A stretch of DNA of 64,000 nucleotides, from NCBI GenBank assembly GCA_029820295.1, contig JALGVA010000002.1, forward strand, positions 6,069-70,068. Reading direction: 5' to 3'. The notes under the pieces were generated by a model. The model was not told where the DNA came from. It searched no databases and was given only the letters and a program-made list of their open reading frames with translations. Each line of letters begins with the position of its first letter. Positions within the stretch are counted from its first letter, which is position 1. The translations under genes and the position numbers were made by a program. Source of the DNA: Candidatus Zipacnadia bacterium. Its GTDB lineage: Bacteria > Armatimonadota > Zipacnadia > Zipacnadales > UBA5352. This document shows positions 57,061 through 64,000 of this stretch, one piece after another.

Positions 57061-59124
57061 ATGGTCGGACGCAATCGGCGATTCTCGCCGGATGGCTGCC
57101 GCGCACTGCGCGCACTGATCACCACCTGTCTGCTGCTGGCCGGCGCGGTCGCCGCGTGCGCGGCGCCCGCAGGCATGGTGTCGATGCGCGATTGCCGGTC
57201 GCCGCGCTGGTTCGGCAACGGCGCCAGTGTCGTGTTCGTATCCGACCACTACGGGCAGACCGACCTGTTCGTGTGCGACGGACAGGGGATGAACGTGCGC
57301 CGACTGACCGACGACGCCGCCGAGGAGGCGGCGCCGGCGTGGTCGCCCGACGGCACGCGCATCGCCTTCGAGAAGGTGGTGGACGGCAACCGGGAGATCT
57401 GCGTCATCAACGTCGATGGCACCGACCTGCGCATGCCCGCGCCCGACCCGGCCGAGGACCGCGGTCCGGCCTGGGCGCCGGATGGCAGCCTGATCGCATT
57501 CTGGTCCGAGCGCGGCGGGGACGTGTGCGTCTGGTCGGTGCGGCCCGACGGCGCCGATCTGCGCCGGCGCATCGACTCGCGCGGCGATGACGTGGACCCG
57601 GCGTGGTCGAATGATGGCGAGCGCATGTGCTGGGCCTCCACCCGCGATGAGGCGGAGGGCCGCTGGCGCATCTTCACCGGCCCGACGTGGCGCCTGCGCA
57701 GCGCCGACCTGCACGGCTACTTCCCGCTGGGTTCGCGCGCTCCCGCGTGGTCACCCGACGACACGCGCATCGTGGTGGTCTGCGACGGCGACCTCCAGCT
57801 CGTGGGGCTTGAGGACCGCAGTGTGCTGCGCCTCACCGCCGACCCGGCGGAGGACGCCTGCCCCGCATGGCTGCCCGGCGGCGACCGCGTCGGCTTCCAC
57901 TCCATGCGCGGCGGCACCGCCCAGCTCTACACAATGGCGACCGACGGCACCGAGCCCGAGCGCTTCGACGCGTGGGTGCCCGGTGAACCCGAGCCCGTGG
58001 TCGCCGCCGAGCCGGTGGCGGACGAGGATCTGCTGTTGATCCCGCGCGCGCCCGGCGGCGCCAGCTCGCCCGGGCCACTGCTGGTCGCGCGCCCGCAGTC
58101 CGGCCAGGGCACGCAGGCGAGTGGCGGCGCGCCCAGGCCCGGCGAGACCGCCACGGGGGCGCTCAGCGGCCCGCCGGTCGATCCGCGCGCGCGGCGGGCG
58201 ATCATCGATCTGCTGGGCATGTTGCAGGAGGGCAGGCAGCCGGACGCGACCTGGTACATGGAGAACCTGGACCTGCTGATCGGGGCCGCCACCGGGCCTC
58301 CGGGGACGATGCAGGACGTCGTCGGGATGTTCAGCGGCGGCGAGACCGGCATCGGCGATCCGGACGCGACCGACGCGCTGGCCGGCGTTATCGGTCAGAT
58401 GGTGGGCGGCACCGTCGGGGGCGTCAACGTCGCCGCGCTGGTGGCCGAGCCGGGCGTGCGCCGCGGCCTGACCAGCGTCTTCGGCATGCTGGGCGGACTC
58501 TTCCGCTCGGTATTCGGCTCCGGCGGCGAGCGCCGGCACGAAGTCCGGGCGCGCGTGCCCTACGAGGAGCAGCGCTCGCGGCTGGTGCCGCTGACCCTGT
58601 CGGATATCTGGAAGACCGGCGCGGCCAAGTGGGGCCCGTGGGTATTCGTCAGCGGGAAGAACCTCAACACCGCGCAGATGGATCGGGAGGCCAACCGGAC
58701 CGTGGGGCGCGAAGCGCGCGATGACTGGAACGGGCGCATCCTCACCATCCGGCACGGTGAGCGCGACCTCAACATCACCTTCGACCCGAACACCCAGGTG
58801 GTGCGCGTGGGCGCGGGCGATGGGGAGATGTACCTCGCCGAGGGCCGCCAGGTCGATGCCACTGCGGCGCGCCGCCGCGCGCTGCGACTTCCGGAGGCGG
58901 TGGACAACCTGCTCGACTACCCGCCCACGCAGCGCCTGGCGCCCTGCCACGTGTGGGTCGGCACCTGGCGCATCGAGGTCACGCAGTACTCGATCGTCGC
59001 CGACAACTTCGCGTCCACGTCAGGCGGCACCGCAGTGCTGTCCGACAACGGGCAACTGCTGTGGCGCCATCCCGACGGCAGCGGCCTGCTGTGGCGGGCG
59101 GAGGACTATCCGCCACTGGGCTGA
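57061..59124 (+). CDS. TolB-like PD40 propeller fused to an unknown C-terminal region
   Basis: Multiple PAWSPDG repeats, Pro-rich linker, Gly-rich hydrophobic segment. Confidence 0.8.
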   Translation: MVGRNRRFSPDGCRALRALITTCLLLAGAVAACAAPAGMVSMRDCRSPRWFGNGASVVFVSDHYGQTDLFVCDGQGMNVRRLTDDAAEEAAPAWSPDGTRIAFEKVVDGNREICVINVDGTDLRMPAPDPAEDRGPAWAPDGSLIAFWSERGGDVCVWSVRPDGADLRRRIDSRGDDVDPAWSNDGERMCWASTRDEAEGRWRIFTGPTWRLRSADLHGYFPLGSRAPAWSPDDTRIVVVCDGDLQLVGLEDRSVLRLTADPAEDACPAWLPGGDRVGFHSMRGGTAQLYTMATDGTEPERFDAWVPGEPEPVVAAEPVADEDLLLIPRAPGGASSPGPLLVARPQSGQGTQASGGAPRPGETATGALSGPPVDPRARRAIIDLLGMLQEGRQPDATWYMENLDLLIGAATGPPGTMQDVVGMFSGGETGIGDPDATDALAGVIGQMVGGTVGGVNVAALVAEPGVRRGLTSVFGMLGGLFRSVFGSGGERRHEVRARVPYEEQRSRLVPLTLSDIWKTGAAKWGPWVFVSGKNLNTAQMDREANRTVGREARDDWNGRILTIRHGERDLNITFDPNTQVVRVGAGDGEMYLAEGRQVDATAARRRALRLPEAVDNLLDYPPTQRLAPCHVWVGTWRIEVTQYSIVADNFASTSGGTAVLSDNGQLLWRHPDGSGLLWRAEDYPPLG

Positions 59125-59134
59125 TCCGCGCGGC

Positions 59135-62100
59135 TCAGTCGGCCACGGCCATCTCCCAGCGCGTGGTCCAGCTCCGGCCGCTGGCCAGCGTCTGCCGGCG
59201 GTACATCCACTCGAGCGTGTAGCGGCCCTGATCGGTCCCGTCCCACCAGCGGTAGAGCTGCAGCAGCTCCGGCCCGGCGGTGACCGTCACGCGCGGGCCA
59301 TCGGGCGGGCCGAGCGTGAACGACGGCTCGGCCAGCGTGGCATTGGCGGGCCGGCTTCGCATCCCGCCCTCCTCCTCGGCCACACCGGCCATGGCTGCCC
59401 ACACCTCGCGCGCCTGATCGGGCCCGGCGTAGACCTGCTCGCCCTCCGGGGTCCTGATGGTCAGCGTCGGCGTCGGCCCGAGCTGCAGCGCGCCGTGCGA
59501 CCAGTAGCTGATCTCGTGCTCGTCGGGCGACTCGTTACGCACTGTGATCGTGACCTGCACCGACGTGCCGGTCTCGGGCACCGACCAGGTCTTCTCCAGC
59601 ACCAGGCCGCCCAGCGCCCAGTGCGACAGCCGCCGACGGAAGCTCACGGTGGCGCGCCCGGCCTTGATCTCACGCGCGACCAGCTCGTACTCGGCCTGAC
59701 CATCCTCGCTTGACCGCGCCTCCTCCGGCCACCAGAACCGATCCTGGGCGAAGCCCGCGCCGTCGAACCGACTCACCAGTTCCCGCCCGTCGCCATGCAC
59801 CTGCCACGACCACAGGTTCCCGGAGGGCGCAAGCCCCAGCTCCTGGTCGGCTGAGGAGATGCGCACCTCGGCGTAGCCGTCGCCGTCGAGGTCCGCCCAG
59901 TCGATGGTCAGCTCGCCCTCGCGGATGGTGGCTGCGCCGCCGCGCGCCTGCGCCTCGGCGCTGCGGGCCGCGAAGCGCGCGCGCACCTCGGCCTCGGCGA
60001 CGCTGCCCGCGAAGCCGTCCTCGGGGACCGCGCGGCTCAGCACCAACATGCCCGCGCTCAGCGCCGGCACCTCGAAGTGCAGCCCCTCTGCCAGTTCCTC
60101 GGCCGTCCACGTCTGCCCCTCACCGGGCGCGAGCGCCGCGCGCGTGACCGGATCGTACGCGTACCACGTGCCATCCGGCGCATCCGCCACGCCGACCAGC
60201 ACGGTGGCGGGCTTGTCCGGATGCATGTTGCACACCGCCGCCAGGGCCTCGCCGTTTCGCTCAAAGGCGAAGGCCATCGCGAAGCGATCCCACTGGGGCG
60301 AGGTAATGCGGATGGTCCCGGTGGCGGTCTGCACCTGCGTCTCGCTCTCGGGTAGAACCCGGACGGTCACCCCGTCCGGGTCACGCCGGCCGTCGAAGAC
60401 GAAGTCCTCAACCGTGGCGAGGTCACGCATGGCGCGCGTGATCTCCCACACGTACTCCATGTCCATGCCGCGCACCAGGTCCGGCCAGTGCGAAGCGCCG
60501 ATGGCGCCCAGGAAGGCGGGCGTGAGGAAGTCGAAGTACATGCTGCGCGGCGACTTGGCCGCCGACCAGCCGCCGTCGGCGACCATGCTGGTGCTGGTCA
60601 TCGGCCACAGCCGGGCGTCGGGCAGGTAGTCGCGCATCCCGCCGACGTTGCGCGCAAAGTCCATCGGGCTGGCGGTGTATATCATGGGCAGGTGGATCAG
60701 GCGCGGGATGTCGTTGTAGGCGTGGTAGTCCACGTGGCGGTCGGGTGGGATGCCGGAGCCCTGGCAGATGGCGATGTCAAGGTCGGGGTCGATGGCGTGC
60801 ACGTGCTGCGCCCACAGGCGCACGACCTCGCCGAGCTGCCAGGTGCGGAAGGCGAGGAAGCGTTCGCGCAGCTCGCCCTGCAGGCGCTCGGGCGTGAGCG
60901 TCGCGACGTCGAGGCCCTCGCGTGCTGCGAAGGCGGCCACGGTCTCCGGCTCATCCCACAGCGGGTTGCGCAGGGCGTTGGCGGGCTCCCAGTCCCAGAA
61001 CGCGCCGGTGATGATCGGGCTGAGGGTGCGGTAGTGGTCCGCCCAGGGCTCGAAGGCCGCGGTGCCCTGTGCGATGATGCGCGTCTCGGCGCCCGGCCCG
61101 GAGATGAGCTGCCTGTATCCGCCGGGGATGTTGGCCCACAGCTCGCCGCCGTCCTCGCGCAGGCGCTGCTGGAAGTACGCCCGCCAGCCCGTGGGCTCAG
61201 CGGACGCCAGGTGGTGGGTCACGCCCATGCCCCGCACCATCTCGTAGACGCGCGCCCGCAGCGGCTCGGGCACGTCGCCGAACAGGCCCCAGCAGAAGAA
61301 GCCCCGGTAGCGCGTCGGCCGCGGGCCGGCGGGCAGCGATGGCAGCACCTTGAGCGGCACGCGCCGCTCCTCCAGCGCCTGCCCGTCGACCTCCGCCTGC
61401 ACGTACACGGCGGCGCCCTCGGCCACACCGCCGGCATCCAGCCACAGCGTCAGCCCGCAGTGCGAGACGGTCCGGCGCAGCCCCGCCAGCAGCTCGTCCG
61501 ACAGGGCGATGCGGTAGCGGGTGAACGGCTCGTCGCCATGCGTCACCGGCTCGGACTCGCCCAGCAGGCCGAAGTCGCCCACACCCGCGGGCAGGTCGAG
61601 CAGTATCTCAGCCGTCTCAAAGCGGCTGCGGTCGCCCAGGAGCATGATGCGCACGAAGTTGGGCGCGCCCCGCACCAGCGGCCAGATGTCGCCGCGACCG
61701 TACTGCGCCGGGTAGAGGCGCATGGTCAGCGGTTCGGTCACCTCCCGCAGGGCCACGTCATCGAATGAGATCATCCCCAGGTCGAAGGCCCGGAGCAGTA
61801 TCACCACCGCCTCGATGCCGGGGCGCACGTTGATGTCCAGGTTAAAGGGCGTCCACTCCTTCTCGGCGCCAAGGGTCAGGTGGAGCGTATCGGCGACCGG
61901 CGCCCCGAAGTCCCAGGGCGCGGGCGTCTCGCCGTAGAGCTGCACCTGGATGCGCGCCTGTGCGGCCTCGGTCGCACGGTAGAAGCCGGTGAGCTTGAGC
62001 AGGCCCTCAGGGACCTCGACCGGCCCGGAGGCCAGCACACTGCGCACGGCCTCGTCGCCGACGTTCTCCACGCCGACCATGCCCGCCGCGCGCTCGCCCG

Positions 62101-62278
62101 AATGCCCCTCCGCCCACCGGAACTCGGCCCGCGAGGGCTTCGATGACCAGACCAGGAAGCGCCACCCCTCGAGGCGGTCGCCGCCGGCCTCGAAATCACC
62201 GTTGGGCAGCAGGTTGTCCTGGGCCACGGCGCCCGTCGCGGCCAGCAGCAGCGCGAGCATCCATCCGCAGGCTCTCAT
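59135..62278 (-). CDS. Secreted multidomain protein (CBM4-like, GH-like barrel, mutarotase-like C-terminus)
   Basis: Signal peptide, NLLPNGDFE, FDDVAL and FWDWEP; RBS GGAGG 5 nt before ATG 62278. Confidence 0.78.
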   Translation of the reverse strand: MRACGWMLALLLAATGAVAQDNLLPNGDFEAGGDRLEGWRFLVWSSKPSRAEFRWAEGHSGERAAGMVGVENVGDEAVRSVLASGPVEVPEGLLKLTGFYRATEAAQARIQVQLYGETPAPWDFGAPVADTLHLTLGAEKEWTPFNLDINVRPGIEAVVILLRAFDLGMISFDDVALREVTEPLTMRLYPAQYGRGDIWPLVRGAPNFVRIMLLGDRSRFETAEILLDLPAGVGDFGLLGESEPVTHGDEPFTRYRIALSDELLAGLRRTVSHCGLTLWLDAGGVAEGAAVYVQAEVDGQALEERRVPLKVLPSLPAGPRPTRYRGFFCWGLFGDVPEPLRARVYEMVRGMGVTHHLASAEPTGWRAYFQQRLREDGGELWANIPGGYRQLISGPGAETRIIAQGTAAFEPWADHYRTLSPIITGAFWDWEPANALRNPLWDEPETVAAFAAREGLDVATLTPERLQGELRERFLAFRTWQLGEVVRLWAQHVHAIDPDLDIAICQGSGIPPDRHVDYHAYNDIPRLIHLPMIYTASPMDFARNVGGMRDYLPDARLWPMTSTSMVADGGWSAAKSPRSMYFDFLTPAFLGAIGASHWPDLVRGMDMEYVWEITRAMRDLATVEDFVFDGRRDPDGVTVRVLPESETQVQTATGTIRITSPQWDRFAMAFAFERNGEALAAVCNMHPDKPATVLVGVADAPDGTWYAYDPVTRAALAPGEGQTWTAEELAEGLHFEVPALSAGMLVLSRAVPEDGFAGSVAEAEVRARFAARSAEAQARGGAATIREGELTIDWADLDGDGYAEVRISSADQELGLAPSGNLWSWQVHGDGRELVSRFDGAGFAQDRFWWPEEARSSEDGQAEYELVAREIKAGRATVSFRRRLSHWALGGLVLEKTWSVPETGTSVQVTITVRNESPDEHEISYWSHGALQLGPTPTLTIRTPEGEQVYAGPDQAREVWAAMAGVAEEEGGMRSRPANATLAEPSFTLGPPDGPRVTVTAGPELLQLYRWWDGTDQGRYTLEWMYRRQTLASGRSWTTRWEMAVAD

Positions 62279-62297
62279 CGGCGCCTCCATCGCGACT

Positions 62298-62570
62298 TCA
62301 TTCGGCGGCCGTGCCTCTGACCGGCCGCACCTCGACCGTGCATCCGTCGCCGCAGGTGACCTCAATGGTCGTGCGCCCCGGCTCAGTACCGACAACGCGC
62401 GCCTGTGCGGGGTCGTCCAGAGGCCACTCGCCGTGCAGCGTCAGGCACACGATACGTTCGGGGCTACGCTGGACCTCGTCCGTCCAACCCGGGTCCGGGT
62501 CGCGGATGCTGAGCACGCACGCGTCGCCGGCCGACCACTCCCAGGCCGGCGCCTGTCTGCCGATCTTGGA
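62298..62570 (-). pseudogene. C-terminal remnant resembling a PL8/chondroitinase ABC C-terminus
   Basis: LSIRDPD..LTLHGEW..TTIEVTCGDG..VEV pattern without a credible start. Confidence 0.4.
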
Positions 62571-62656
62571 GTGATCGGCGGAGAGTGCCGGCGGCGCCCC
62601 GCTGCGGCGGCATCATGCGCCCTGCGATCTCAGGCAGCGTGTGCGCCTCCTCCGGA

Positions 62657-64000
62657 TCACTGTGCCCGGCGCCACTGCTCCCGCAATCCGGCGAGGTAGC
62701 GCAGCAGCGTGTAGCCATCCAGCGCCCGGGCGGTCTCGGGCTCGGTGCGACGCAGGAAGTCCTCAGCGGCCTCGACCTCGGCGACCGCCTCGTCGATGCG
62801 GCCGGCCTCGCGATGCTCCTGCATGGCCGCGTAGCGCCCGAGCAACTGGTGGTAGTGCTGCAGCAGTCGCCACGAGCGAGCGTGCCGGCCACCGGCCGCC
62901 ACCGCGCAGTCATCCAGCGTCCCCGCGAAGGCGTCGAGGTGAGCCCGCAGGCGCCCGGCCTGTCCCGGCTCCACCTGCTGCCACCAGTCGGCCCCGTGGC
63001 GCGGCGCGCCCGCCGCCTCGACGACGCCATCGAGGAAGGCCATCGCCGTCTCGCCGTCGTCCCCGTAGGCCAGCCGGAAGTAGCGCTCGCGCTCGTCCGG
63101 CCCCGCCGTCTCCCCGCACAGCAATCGCGCGGTCGCCCAGTAGGGCCATCCGGTCGGGTAGAAGCTGCGTTGGGCGCCGCAGTTCATCAGCCCGCCCAGG
63201 TCCATGGCCACGTAGTCCTTGAGGTCCTGCGGCATGAGCGTGGCCAGGTCGATCGACAGCCGGTCGCCCATCCACGGCCACATGAAGTGGTAGTCGAAGC
63301 AGAACGAGTTGTCGCGGTCGCCCCAGCCCCAGATGCGCCACAGATCGACGAGCTGGCGGTTGTGCCGGGGCATGGCCATCTGGTTGCGTGCCGGGCGCTC
63401 AAGCTGCTCGCCCGAGTCGCACTCGGGATCGGCCATGCTGTGTGCGTAGCAGCGGCTGATGGGCGCGAACATGGAGATGAGGTTGTCGTGGTCACGGTTG
63501 ATGGCCACCTCTTCGGGCGGCCACAGCAGGTCGTGGTAGGCCAGCAGCACGATCTTCATGCCCGGCGCCATCTGCGCCAGCCGCGGCGACAGCTCGTTGG
63601 CCAGCACCGCGTACCAGTCGGCGGGAGAGTACTCGCTGCAGGCGGCGCACTCGCAGTGGTTGTTGGGCGCGTCCGAGAGCCAGAAGTGCAGGGCATCGAC
63701 CTCGCGGTGCCGGTCGGCCCACGCCAGCACCGCGTCCACCATGCGCCGCCGGGCCTCCGGGTTCGAGTAGCACAGCTCGGTGTTGATGGGGATGTCGCCC
63801 CACAGCCGCCGCTCGCCGTTGACCTGCGCGATGAGTTCCCGCTCGGCGTCGGCGATCTCGCCCTTGTACGTGACCCAGCCATCCGTGGGCAGCCCCAGCG
63901 CGGCGGCCGTCCAGCCGTGGCCCACCTGGTGCAGGAGCAGCCCGCGGCGCTTGACCTCGGCGACCACCTGCCGGTCGAGCGCCTCGCACTCATCCTCGGT
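62657..64000 (-). CDS. DUF4838-like protein, 5'-partial
   Basis: VKRRGL..GHGW, ELCYSNPE, HFWLSD..NNHCECAAC and LAYHDLLWPP; frame is open to the window end. Confidence 0.75.
   Translation of the reverse strand, partial: TEDECEALDRQVVAEVKRRGLLLHQVGHGWTAAALGLPTDGWVTYKGEIADAERELIAQVNGERRLWGDIPINTELCYSNPEARRRMVDAVLAWADRHREVDALHFWLSDAPNNHCECAACSEYSPADWYAVLANELSPRLAQMAPGMKIVLLAYHDLLWPPEEVAINRDHDNLISMFAPISRCYAHSMADPECDSGEQLERPARNQMAMPRHNRQLVDLWRIWGWGDRDNSFCFDYHFMWPWMGDRLSIDLATLMPQDLKDYVAMDLGGLMNCGAQRSFYPTGWPYWATARLLCGETAGPDERERYFRLAYGDDGETAMAFLDGVVEAAGAPRHGADWWQQVEPGQAGRLRAHLDAFAGTLDDCAVAAGGRHARSWRLLQHYHQLLGRYAAMQEHREAGRIDEAVAEVEAAEDFLRRTEPETARALDGYTLLRYLAGLREQWRRAQ

Noticed and set aside
1-64000. 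CRISPR array, tRNA, rRNA, prophage or defence genes
   Set aside because: No regularly spaced direct repeats, cloverleaf or rRNA signatures, or recognisable phage/defence proteins were seen by eye.

Overview
High-GC (roughly 70%) bacterial chromosome segment. The gene style (DUF1559/H-X9-DG prepilin-like protein, many very large secreted CBM/LamG/GH-like proteins) suggests Armatimonadota or a similar polysaccharide degrader; this taxonomy is an inference. The window holds about 35 intact CDS: secreted glycoside-hydrolase-like proteins, a tkt-rpiB(pseudogene)-tal operon, a Ycf46-type AAA ATPase, oxidoreductases, a DegT aminotransferase and a CapA-M15 fusion. There are also several decayed gene remnants. 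The best candidate for an undescribed system is a four-gene minus-strand operon behind a near-consensus sigma70 promoter: DMT transporter, metallophosphoesterase, divergent RibB and a LarA (nickel-pincer) homolog that appears to lack both catalytic histidines. Non-coding highlights are a 321-bp Tn5/IS50-like MITE with a perfect 9-bp target duplication, a second dispersed MITE-like repeat that overlaps the stop codons of two genes, and a candidate three-way-junction RNA upstream of the AAA ATPase. No rRNA, tRNA or CRISPR array was seen. All family calls are from motif recognition by eye, not database searches.
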